Below are positions 30,499 to 39,164 of a DNA stretch of 64,000 nucleotides, one piece after another. Within the stretch, counting starts at the first letter, position 1. Each line of letters starts with the position of its first letter. Position numbers and translations under genes: made by a program. Under the pieces are notes generated by a model, which ran no database searches, was not told the origin of the DNA, and saw only the letters and a program-made list of their open reading frames with translations. The stretch is from Gammaproteobacteria bacterium (GTDB taxonomy: Bacteria > Pseudomonadota > Gammaproteobacteria > JAKDMP01), in the NCBI GenBank assembly GCA_027018875.1, contig JALUYA010000003.1, positions 13,665-77,664 on the forward strand, in the 5' to 3' direction.

Positions 30499-31653
30499 AT
30501 GTTTTTTCGCGCCTTCCCGGCCTGCCTGGTAGCCGCCGGACTGATCCTGCCGGCAAGCGCCGCCGGTAACGCGGTGCAGAGCCGGCCGTTAACTCCTGTT
30601 TATAGAGCCTCCCCCAGGTTCCCGTATAACAAATCGCTGATCCGCCGGCAGGGCTGCGTCGGTATGGTTTTTTCCGTATCCCGAACCGGCCGTGTCGCAA
30701 ATATCCGGGTACTGTCCGCGTACCCGAGATGGGGGTTCGTGAAGCCATCGCGCGACGCAATCGCCCAGTGGCGGTTCCTGCCCCCGCTAATCGATGGCAA
30801 GCCCGTACCCACGCCGCGGGTGAGACAAATTTTTATTTTTCAAGTGCATGCGAACCCGAACATTCTCGGCTCTCACCTGCACGCCAACTCTCGGGAAATT
30901 GAGAAGCAAGTTCACGACACCTTGAGCTGGATGTGTGCCCAACCCCTGTTCCTGGTTCGGCCCATCCCGATTCTGGCCGCCCACCCGGCAAGCCGAGCCG
31001 CCCCCCGCCCGCCCGCGCCCAGCACCGCGCCGGCGATCCTAACTTACCTTCCCGCCGCGAGTATAAACCCGGCGGTCATCCTTGCCCGACGGCTTCTACC
31101 CGAACCACAATCCACCACGGTTACAGCGAGGTTTTGTATCGACCCCAAGGGGCGGTTGGCCAACGTAGTGCTACGCGGCGCGCGATCCACCGCCCGGGCG
31201 GCGAGCGCGCTCGCGGCACTCGATGCCCTGGATTTTTCCGCCCGCACTATCGATAAGATTCCCGTCTGGACCTGCGGCCTCACTACCCGGATGCGTTTTT
31301 TCGCGCCCCCCCGGCATGGGCGCATCGGCGCCATCGAACGCACCCGGTTCACCGTCTTATCCGGCACGCCACCGACGCCACCGCTACGCGCTGCGAAGCC
31401 CCCGCGGATCGCCCTTTCGATTCCCCCACGGCTTCTCGGCCACCTGCCACCCGTCGCCCGGATCGAAGTCGAGTTCTGTATTCGACCCGATGGCACGGTG
31501 ACAAGCGCCCACGTGGTTCACGCCGAGCCGGCACAAATTTTCAACCGGGCGGCGCTGGAAACGGTGCGCGGCTGGCGTTTCGCCGCGCCCGGGGTCGAGA
31601 TGTGCAACATCTATCAAAGCGTCGCGTTCAAGATCCCCAAGGTTCGCACCTGA
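30499..31653 (+). CDS. secreted protein with three TonB C-terminal-like domains
   Basis: The ATG at 30499 gives signal peptide MFFRAFPACLVAAGLILPASAAG. Three segments resemble TonB_C. A Pro/Ala-rich linker lies between them. No N-terminal membrane anchor. Confidence 0.65.
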   Translation: MFFRAFPACLVAAGLILPASAAGNAVQSRPLTPVYRASPRFPYNKSLIRRQGCVGMVFSVSRTGRVANIRVLSAYPRWGFVKPSRDAIAQWRFLPPLIDGKPVPTPRVRQIFIFQVHANPNILGSHLHANSREIEKQVHDTLSWMCAQPLFLVRPIPILAAHPASRAAPRPPAPSTAPAILTYLPAASINPAVILARRLLPEPQSTTVTARFCIDPKGRLANVVLRGARSTARAASALAALDALDFSARTIDKIPVWTCGLTTRMRFFAPPRHGRIGAIERTRFTVLSGTPPTPPLRAAKPPRIALSIPPRLLGHLPPVARIEVEFCIRPDGTVTSAHVVHAEPAQIFNRAALETVRGWRFAAPGVEMCNIYQSVAFKIPKVRT

Positions 31654-31896
31654 TCCCGGCCGTACCGGAACAGCCCCGGCCTCGGGTAGATCGGGAGCAC
31701 AGCCTCCACCGGGACGTGGCGCACGGTACGGTTCGTTGCCCCATGTACCGTCTCCTTGAATCATGTTGCATGGGGACGCACTGGTCTGGAGGAGCTACCG
31801 AAAAAACAGCGGGTTAACCACCCCGCCGATACAGTAAGCGGGTATGCCCAATAGCCGGGAAACCGCAACCCGCACCGGAAATCGACCTTCGCCACG

Positions 31897-31940
31897 AAAA
31901 GCCACCGCCGCCCCGCACTTGCGCGCGGGGCGGCGGTGGC
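31897..31940 (-). terminator. rho-independent terminator downstream of the 31947 gene
   Basis: Perfect 16-bp GC-rich stem (31901-31916 pairs with 31925-31940), 8-nt loop. Followed on the minus strand by TTTTCG. Confidence 0.7.
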
Positions 31941-31946
31941 GGCCTC

Positions 31947-32369
31947 TTAGTCGACGTGGATCGTGATATCAATCCCGGCCTTGGCGTAAAGATCCTTCGC
32001 CAACCAGCCGGTACCGAAAAACTCGATCACTCCCTCATGGTCTTCACAAACCGCGGCACTGCGCCGATCGGACTCTCCTTGCCGCTCGGTGCGACCGATC
32101 TGCTCGCAAACATATTTGCCGCCCTGGGTTCGGTACAAGATCAGCTCGGCCCAGCGGCCCCGCATGCCACAACGACCCGCGGGTCGATCTGCCCGCCGAC
32201 GGCAACAGCGGTGCCCGTGAGGTGGTCCCATATCTCCTCCTTCCCGGGTTTTATCGTTTCCCCCGGGGGCGGACTCGCCGAGATCGGGTTTACTGGATAC
32301 TCCGGCAATCCGTTCGCCGGTAAATTGCAAGTCCCTGTCATTGTCGCGCCTAATGATATAGGTTTCCAT
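31947..32369 (-). CDS. small hypothetical protein, EXLDI-family-like with an internal insertion
   Basis: 140 aa. RWAELILYRTQGGKYV...GTGWLAKDLYAKAGIDITIHVD resembles my recollection of EXLDI proteins. Own promoter-like element and terminator. Confidence 0.6.
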   Translation of the reverse strand: METYIIRRDNDRDLQFTGERIAGVSSKPDLGESAPGGNDKTREGGDMGPPHGHRCCRRRADRPAGRCGMRGRWAELILYRTQGGKYVCEQIGRTERQGESDRRSAAVCEDHEGVIEFFGTGWLAKDLYAKAGIDITIHVD

Positions 32370-32435
32370 ATTGACACTCCGTCTGCCCGGGAAACGTGGC
32401 CGGGTTCCACCGTGGCTCGTCGGCCACGAGAGAGA

Positions 32436-32463
32436 ATTATACCCGCAATCGTTCGAGATGGAA
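32436..32463 (-). promoter_or_regulatory. candidate sigma70 promoter for the 31947..32369 gene
   Basis: Minus strand reads TTCCAT-16 nt-TATAAT. The -10 element lies 67 nt upstream of the ATG. Confidence 0.4.
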
Positions 32464-32582
32464 CCGGGAGTATTTATGTTGCACGGGCATAATTCCGGGA
32501 AGGAACTTGAATACTCGCCTGCTTGGGTATAGCGGGATCTCTAATCGATCCCCTCCTAATCTCCCCATACAAGTGACGGCAT

Positions 32583-34007
32583 TCAGCGGGGCAGGCGCAG
32601 CTCCGCCTCAAGCCCTCCCTCGGGACAATTGCGCAGACGAATATCCCCCCCGTGCCCCCGGGCGATGTTACGGGCAATTCCCAGGCCCAGGCCGGTTCCC
32701 CCGGTGTCGGCCGCCCGCGAGGATTCCAGCCGGGAAAAAGGCTCGAACATCTCGTCCATTGCCGTTTCGGGGATTCCCGGACCCTCGTCACTAATGGTAA
32801 TCACCAACTGCTCCGCGCTGTCCGCTATGCGGACATGGGCCTCGCCGCCATAACGCACGGCGTTATCGATCAGGTTACCCAGGCAACGTTTGAGCGCCAG
32901 CGGCCGGCCCGGAAACGGGGCCAGCGCCAGGCCCTCCAGCTCCACCCTGGATCCCGATTCGACGGCATCCTCCCGCAGGCTCTCCAGCAAGGCCAGCATA
33001 TCGATCGGCTGCGCCTTTTCCTGGTCGGTGGAGCCGCGCATAAAATCCAGCGTGGCGGTTACCATGCTCTCCATTTCATCCAGATCGCGTTGGAACTTCT
33101 CCTTGGGTTCCTCCTCGCCCAGCAGTTCACTGCGCAGGCGCAACCGGGTGATCGGCGTCTTCAGGTCATGGGAGATCGCGGCCAGGATCCGGGTACGATC
33201 ATTGAGGTAGCGAGCAAGCCTTTTCTGCATGCAGTTAAAAGCCCGGGCCGCCTCGCTAACCTCCGAGGGGCCCGCTTCCGACAGCGGCGCCCGGTTGATG
33301 TCCCGGCCCAGCTCATCGGCGGCACGCGACAGTGTGCGCAGCGGCCGGGTAATCCGGCGCACGGTGAAGAACGAGATCAGTAAAACACCGAGTAATAAGA
33401 TCGCAAGGATCAATAGCAACCGGTCGGGCCAGCCGGTCAATCGTTCCGGGATCGGACGGATCAACGCAAGCCAGCTCCCATCCTTGAGCCGGACTTCGAT
33501 CTGAACGGCCTCGACCATCGTGGCACCGTGGGAACCGGAGGCCATCATGGATCGCATGGCGGAATCCATCCCTCCCCGCCCCGCCATCATCGAACGGTGT
33601 ACCCCCGGAGACAACACATGCATCCGGGCCTTCTCGACTACGACTCGGATCGAGGGGGTCTCAGCCAATTGTTGCTTCAGTTGCCGGGCGATCGTCTTGC
33701 CGATTATCACCCCCATCATCGACTCGCTGTTGATCGCCGGCGCAATGGAAGACTGCGGACGCAGATAGACGCGCAGCTCGGGGGAATTCAGGGCGGTAAT
33801 CAATTTTTTTCTCTGCCCGGGGGCTGCCGAGTTGAGCAAGCGCACAATGGCCGTAACCCGATTGGCAATATTGCCCCGAATGCCCTGCAAAATAACATCG
33901 CCCCGGTCCTGAAGCAAAATGCCCATGGTGACCGCCTGGGTAAACAACAGCCCGCCGAACAAGAGTAATACCAGTTGCCCGAACAGGGATTTCGGCAAGA
34001 GCCTCAT
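32583..34007 (-). CDS. sensor histidine kinase (EnvZ/CpxA-like; HAMP-HisKA-HATPase)
   Basis: Two TM segments flank a periplasmic domain of about 150 aa. H-box ISHDLKTPITRL, then N/G boxes (NLIDNAVRYG, DEGPGI, GTGLGLGIA). ATGA overlap with the regulator gene. Confidence 0.9.
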   Translation of the reverse strand: MRLLPKSLFGQLVLLLFGGLLFTQAVTMGILLQDRGDVILQGIRGNIANRVTAIVRLLNSAAPGQRKKLITALNSPELRVYLRPQSSIAPAINSESMMGVIIGKTIARQLKQQLAETPSIRVVVEKARMHVLSPGVHRSMMAGRGGMDSAMRSMMASGSHGATMVEAVQIEVRLKDGSWLALIRPIPERLTGWPDRLLLILAILLLGVLLISFFTVRRITRPLRTLSRAADELGRDINRAPLSEAGPSEVSEAARAFNCMQKRLARYLNDRTRILAAISHDLKTPITRLRLRSELLGEEEPKEKFQRDLDEMESMVTATLDFMRGSTDQEKAQPIDMLALLESLREDAVESGSRVELEGLALAPFPGRPLALKRCLGNLIDNAVRYGGEAHVRIADSAEQLVITISDEGPGIPETAMDEMFEPFSRLESSRAADTGGTGLGLGIARNIARGHGGDIRLRNCPEGGLEAELRLPR

Positions 34008-34726
34008 GCCGTTACCGTAACCTGACCGACCAGCATGTACCCCTCGCCACGCACCGTCTTGATCAAGGTCGGCAGCCGGGCGTCCTCGCTCAAATGCCGT
34101 CGCAAGCGTCCAATCTGGACATCGATACTCCGATCGAAAGGCCCGGCCCCCCGGCCGTAAAGCCGATCCATCAACTGGTCGCGGCTCAATACCCGGTTGG
34201 CATTGTCCAGCAACACCTTCAATAAGCGGTACTCGGAATTGCCGAGAGAAACGACGACCCCGTCGGGAGACACCAGGTGGCGGCGAAGCGTATCCAGGGT
34301 CCAGTTCGAAAAGTGCAGCTTGGTGCCCTCAAGCTTAGAACCGGATTTCTGCGCCGGGGCGACCCGTAACAAAACCGCCTTGATCCGCGCCAGCAGTTCC
34401 CGCGGATTAAAGGGCTTAGGCAGATAGTCGTCCGCCCCCATCTCCAGGCCTACGATCCGATCCATTTCATCGCCGCGGGCGGTAAGCATGATGACCGGGA
34501 TCGATGAGTTCGCTCGCAGATTACGGCACAGGGTCAGGCCATCATCACCGGGTAACATCAGGTCCAGGATAACCAGATCGATCGAATACTGATCCAGCGC
34601 CCGCCACATGCCCGCACCATCGGCTACCGTGCTGACCCGCATTCCATTACGCTCCAGGTAGATATGCAACAGGCTACGGATATCGGGATCATCATCGACA
34701 ACAAGAATATGGTTACGGCTGCTCAT
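34004..34726 (-). CDS. OmpR-family response regulator (CpxR-like)
   Basis: Receiver ILVVDDD...DLVILDLMLPG...KPF. Winged-helix C-terminus (TVRGEGYML). Confidence 0.9.
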   Translation of the reverse strand: MSSRNHILVVDDDPDIRSLLHIYLERNGMRVSTVADGAGMWRALDQYSIDLVILDLMLPGDDGLTLCRNLRANSSIPVIMLTARGDEMDRIVGLEMGADDYLPKPFNPRELLARIKAVLLRVAPAQKSGSKLEGTKLHFSNWTLDTLRRHLVSPDGVVVSLGNSEYRLLKVLLDNANRVLSRDQLMDRLYGRGAGPFDRSIDVQIGRLRRHLSEDARLPTLIKTVRGEGYMLVGQVTVTA

Positions 34727-34801
34727 GGCTGGTTCAATCGGGTATTCTTTGATTATTACTATAGGGAAAATCTACCGGTGAGAGTAACCCGAGGCTGATC
34801 G

Positions 34802-34822
34802 GTTACAAAAAGTTACAAAAAA
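34802..34822 (-). promoter_or_regulatory. tandem direct repeat resembling a CpxR box (GTAAC-N5-GTAAC on the minus strand)
   Basis: GTTACAAAAA GTTACAAAAAA in the divergent intergenic region between the regulator and the CpxP-like gene. The E. coli CpxR consensus is GTAAA-N5-GTAAA. Confidence 0.45.
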
Positions 34823-34913
34823 GGGGCCTGCATGACACACACTGATTACATTTCAGTGGTCTTATAGCACCGAAGCCAAAAGGCTTTATTCCCCACGCAA
34901 CAGGAGCAAGATC

Positions 34914-35513
34914 ATGAAACACTCAAGCAAGACATTACTAGGTATTTCCGCGGCCCTTGCAATTGCAATTGCCACCGGATCCACCGTGTACGCGCAAGGC
35001 ACGAACCAGCAGGCAACCCAAGGGACCATGATGGGTAACACGACCTCCATGATGCACGGACAAAACGCAAATATGGGAGACCGCTCCTCCCGGATGGGCG
35101 GACAAAACGGCATGATGGGCGGTCATGGAAACATGATGCAGATGATGAACATGATGATGGGTGGCCGCGGTTATCTGGTGGGCAGGATGGGCATGATGGG
35201 AAATTCCAAGGCTTACATAGATAAACGCCTGGCAAACACCAAGAAGATCCTGGGCATCACCCGGAACCAGCTGCCGGCCTGGAATGCCTATACCAAGGCC
35301 ATACAATCCCAGGCGGATTTCATGATCACGCGCATGCAACGGATGCGGAACGGTCAATTCCCCAACGTGGACCGGCGGGCTGCCATGATGGATTCCTGGG
35401 CCGGACAAATGCAGAAAACGGCGGCGGCGGCTAAAAATCTTTATAAAAAGCTCACCCCGGCACAGCGAATCAAGGCCAACCGCTGGTTACCCATCCCGGG
35501 TAGCCATTATTGA
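34914..35513 (+). CDS. periplasmic Spy/CpxP-family protein with a Met/Gly-rich N-terminal region
   Basis: AGGAG RBS, signal peptide ending VYA. 18 Met in about 62 residues (MMGNTTSMMHG...NMMQMMNMMMGG). LTxxQ-type motif LTPAQRIKA. Confidence 0.8.
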   Translation: MKHSSKTLLGISAALAIAIATGSTVYAQGTNQQATQGTMMGNTTSMMHGQNANMGDRSSRMGGQNGMMGGHGNMMQMMNMMMGGRGYLVGRMGMMGNSKAYIDKRLANTKKILGITRNQLPAWNAYTKAIQSQADFMITRMQRMRNGQFPNVDRRAAMMDSWAGQMQKTAAAAKNLYKKLTPAQRIKANRWLPIPGSHY

Positions 35514-35529
35514 GCCCGGTATCCCACTT

Positions 35530-35560
35530 CCGGCCCGGTTTAAACCGGGCCGGATTTCTC
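35530..35560 (+). terminator. rho-independent terminator after the CpxP-like gene
   Basis: CCGGCCCGG-TTTAAA-CCGGGCCGG perfect 9-bp stem, followed by ATTTCTC. Confidence 0.7.
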
Positions 35561-35718
35561 CTGACGGATTAACGTTCGCATGCTACGATATTCGTAACTA
35601 TGCCCGCGGAATCTTCATGTCGACCACGCCGATTCGTCAAAAAGTATGATTCATCCACGAATTCAGGTTACCTGAAACTCAAATAGACCGATAGCGCTGT
35701 CCCCCAGGAGAACTCCGG

Positions 35719-36906
35719 ATGGAAAAGAAAAAAATCACGGTAGTCGGCAATGGATTCGCCTCTCTGTTTTTTATCCAATACCTTCTGCCAATACCCGTTT
35801 TCCCCTTTTTCGCCTCGTTCTTGCGCAGGATCTATTCGAAATACGAAATCACACTTATCGGCAACGGGAAATTCATATATTTCCCGGCCATCCCGGAATT
35901 TATTATCGGCAAGAAATGCAAGGAAGATATTACGCTCGATATTCGGCCTTTCCTGAAGCGGCGTAACATCACTTTTGTCGAGGACGAGGTAATTGATATA
36001 CGCGATGGCGGCAGAACCGTCATCGCCCGCAAGGGAACCTACCACAACGATGCCCTGTTCCTGGGCATAGGCCCCGCCTTCATGAAGGATGCCATTCCGG
36101 GAACGCGGGAATACACGCTCTCGCCTTGCAGCGGCCCGGATGAGATGGAGCTTTTTATCAAGAAGCTCGAATCGTTGGATCGTGGAATTATTTACCTGGG
36201 ATTCAAGATCAACAAGGAAGATGAATTCGTTGCCGGACGGGCGGGGCAAATGTATGAATGTGCCTGTCTCTTGGATTATTCCCTAAAAAAAACAGGTACC
36301 AGGGGAAATTTTGAAATTCATTTCTTCTCCTCTCACCTGGATCCGGATGCCAAGGGAGCGATCACGGATCGGATGCGTGAGCGGGGGATCATCCTGGATT
36401 ACGGTTATGAGCCCGTTGAATTCGTAGACGGCGGGATGCTCGATGCCGACGGGACTTTGCGCAAGGCCGATCTCGTGCTTTTTTCATCGGGAATAACCGC
36501 ACCCAAGCTGGCGCAGGATTCCTGCTTGCCGGTTTCACAAGGAGGCCACATCGACGTGGATCGATATGGCCGGGTAAAACATCTGTCTCATGTTTTTGCG
36601 GCGGGTGACTGCGCCAATCATGAATCCCCGCCTAAATGGGTTCCGCACCAGGCTCACATGGCTCAACTCAGGGCACAAGCAGCGGCAAAAAACATGAATG
36701 AAGTATTGCGTGGGAAATCCCCAACGCACACCTATCGGCATGAACTTTCCTGCATTCTTAACATGGGAAATGATGCCATGTGGCTCCATGCCTCCAGCGA
36801 TAACAAACCCCCATTCCGAAACATTTTTCCTCGCCGCTCAAGGAAACTGATTCACGTGAAGAATCTATTTGAAAAAATGTATCTTCTTTACCTGCGCTAT
36901 CTATAA
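35719..36906 (+). CDS. FAD-dependent pyridine nucleotide-disulfide oxidoreductase (SQR/NDH-2-like), atypical N-terminus
   Basis: ITVVGNGFAS dinucleotide motif, followed by a hydrophobic insertion. FAAGDCAN second FAD motif. Lower-GC gene. Confidence 0.8.
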   Translation: MEKKKITVVGNGFASLFFIQYLLPIPVFPFFASFLRRIYSKYEITLIGNGKFIYFPAIPEFIIGKKCKEDITLDIRPFLKRRNITFVEDEVIDIRDGGRTVIARKGTYHNDALFLGIGPAFMKDAIPGTREYTLSPCSGPDEMELFIKKLESLDRGIIYLGFKINKEDEFVAGRAGQMYECACLLDYSLKKTGTRGNFEIHFFSSHLDPDAKGAITDRMRERGIILDYGYEPVEFVDGGMLDADGTLRKADLVLFSSGITAPKLAQDSCLPVSQGGHIDVDRYGRVKHLSHVFAAGDCANHESPPKWVPHQAHMAQLRAQAAAKNMNEVLRGKSPTHTYRHELSCILNMGNDAMWLHASSDNKPPFRNIFPRRSRKLIHVKNLFEKMYLLYLRYL

Positions 36907-37036
36907 TACCTGCCGGTTCCGGCGACGGAGCAATACTCGGGCGCCGATCCCCAGCGCGCCTTTTTGATTAAATCGAAGCGGGTGGTGATAAAATGGAATT
37001 CGGGTAAGCTGCCGGCTGGAGGGATTTCGCGCGCCA

Positions 37037-37315
37037 ATGACTGAGATAATCTCCGGTTGGCAATGCATCGGGTGCGGCAAAATTGAGGTTCCTCAATCCT
37101 GCATCGGTGTCTGCCAAGACCGCAAGGTACGGCTGGTATATGCGGATGAGCATGAAAAGATCGCGCAAGAATTGAATGCGGCCCGGCGGAAACTGAAGCA
37201 AATGGAAACGCTGGTGAAACAAATCGTCCGAACGACCCCGCACGACGGGGCATGGGAACGATCCTACCGAGCGTTTCAGGCCCAGGCGAAGAAAATCCTG
37301 ATATCCCGTCAATAA
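37037..37315 (+). CDS. small hypothetical protein with a CxxC...CxxxC motif
   Basis: 92 aa; WQCIGCGKIEVPQSCIGVCQ followed by a predicted helical, charged tail. No family recognised. Confidence 0.55.
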   Translation: MTEIISGWQCIGCGKIEVPQSCIGVCQDRKVRLVYADEHEKIAQELNAARRKLKQMETLVKQIVRTTPHDGAWERSYRAFQAQAKKILISRQ

Positions 37316-37406
37316 AGTCCGCCTTCCGGCGGCGATAAAAACGCAAGCTCGCTAAAGCACGAACCGGGCTTCCCTGTAACCTATCGCCCCCGCTCCCGTG
37401 ACCGAA

Positions 37407-39164
37407 TCAAAGCAGCCGACGCCCCAGGAGTCGCCCCGCCAGGCGCATTTTTTCAGTAACAGGTAACCTCCCCATGAAGGTTTGTACGACCCCGGCGGTG
37501 AAGGATGTCCGGTGACGGTAGTCGATGGAAACATCCACCAGTACCGGGCCCTCCTTCAGGGAATCCCGCGTGGCGCCGAGAACTTCATCCAGTTCCGCCT
37601 CTCCGCAGACCCGGTAAAAAGCCACCCCGAGCGCCCGGGCCAACGCAGCCGGGTCGAGACGGGGAAGCACCGTGGCGGTTGCCGTCCCGGTAAGTGCCCG
37701 CTGGAACGCCGATATCTGCCCGAGTTCCCCGTCATTGAGCAGGAACACGGCGACAGGCAGGGCATACTCGACCGCGGTCAGCAGTTCCAGACCGGTCATC
37801 AAGAAGGCCCCATCGCCGGGCAGGGCCACGACACATCGCTTCCGATCGGCGAATGCCGCGCCAATGGCGGCGGGAACGCTATACCCCATGCAGGAGAAGT
37901 CCGTCGGCGCCAGAAAGCAACGGGGATGGCGCAACCGCAGGTGCTCCATGGCATAAAAGGTTCCCTGCCCCGAGTCGGTGGTATACACCGTATCCTCCGG
38001 CCACTGTCGCTGGATCCCCTCAAGTAGGGAACGGGGGGAAACACGATTCCGGCTGCGCCCTTTTTCCTGTTCCCTCCTTACGGCGACATGGGCATCGGCC
38101 AGGCGCGAGCAAAGCGCATTATTGTCCCGTTCCGGTACCTCATTCACCACCTCGAGCAAGGCCTCGAGAAATTCCTCGCAGTCCGCGTGAACGGCTACTT
38201 CGACCGGAAAGTTGGCTCCCGCGACCGCCGGATCGATATCGACCTGAGCGGTTCGGGACGGAAGCTCAAGGCCATAGGAGCCGGTCGGCACCTCACCCAG
38301 GCGAGCACCCAAGACGAGAGCGGCATCGCATTCGGCGACAATGGCCCGAAGGGGTTGGGGGCAAATACGGCCGATACCGGGCCATAGCCACTGGGGATGG
38401 TCCTCGGCGATGACACCCTTGCCGCTGAACGTACTGCTGGCGATGGCACCTATATGTTCCACCAGTTGTCGCACCAGGGGCGCCGCACCGGCCGCACCGA
38501 GACCGACATGGACCAACGGCTGGCGCGCCCGGAGCAATAACTCGGCCACGGTCCGCACCACGGCGGGATCGGGTGCGGGCGCATGCGGAGGAACCCATCT
38601 CCGCTTCCACCTGGCGTACTCCTGCGGGTCGAAGGCATGTCGAGCCAGGTAAAGATTTGCCGGAATTTCCACGGCACTTGGGCCCGGACAGGTTGCCCGG
38701 GCAATCGCCGCCGCTTCCAAGATGGCATAGGGCAAATCACGGCCCTCCTCGACCAGGCGCACCTGCTTGCACACTGGGCGCAACATGGCGAGTTGGTCTA
38801 TGTCGTGCAACTGGAAACGTTTTTCGCTATCGCGACGAATACCACAGGCCAGCACCAGCAGGGGGACATTATCCATCCACGCCTCCGCCGTTGCGGAAAG
38901 CATTTCGGTCACGCCGGCACCCGGCACCACATTGGCGCAACCCAGTGGGCCGCCACTGCGCGCCATCCCGTCGCAAATGAACCCGGCGCCCTTCTCGTCG
39001 GTTACCAGGATGGGCCGAACCGCCCCCTGGGCCAGGGCATCATACAGCTCGATATTATGCGTTCCTGGGATGCCGAATGCATGGGTAATCCCCGCCGATT
39101 CCAGGGCATGCGCCACCAGTACTCCACCGGGGAATTTTCCTTTACGCAGGGTATCCAGGCTCAT
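37407..39164 (-). CDS. thiamine diphosphate-dependent enzyme (acetolactate synthase-like fold)
   Basis: Trimmed to the ATG at 39164 (ATGA overlap with the GMC gene). GIPGTHNIELYDAL N-terminal ThDP-Pyr motif. GDGAFLMTGLELLTAV...NDG ThDP-binding motif. Confidence 0.85.
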   Translation of the reverse strand: MSLDTLRKGKFPGGVLVAHALESAGITHAFGIPGTHNIELYDALAQGAVRPILVTDEKGAGFICDGMARSGGPLGCANVVPGAGVTEMLSATAEAWMDNVPLLVLACGIRRDSEKRFQLHDIDQLAMLRPVCKQVRLVEEGRDLPYAILEAAAIARATCPGPSAVEIPANLYLARHAFDPQEYARWKRRWVPPHAPAPDPAVVRTVAELLLRARQPLVHVGLGAAGAAPLVRQLVEHIGAIASSTFSGKGVIAEDHPQWLWPGIGRICPQPLRAIVAECDAALVLGARLGEVPTGSYGLELPSRTAQVDIDPAVAGANFPVEVAVHADCEEFLEALLEVVNEVPERDNNALCSRLADAHVAVRREQEKGRSRNRVSPRSLLEGIQRQWPEDTVYTTDSGQGTFYAMEHLRLRHPRCFLAPTDFSCMGYSVPAAIGAAFADRKRCVVALPGDGAFLMTGLELLTAVEYALPVAVFLLNDGELGQISAFQRALTGTATATVLPRLDPAALARALGVAFYRVCGEAELDEVLGATRDSLKEGPVLVDVSIDYRHRTSFTAGVVQTFMGRLPVTEKMRLAGRLLGRRLL

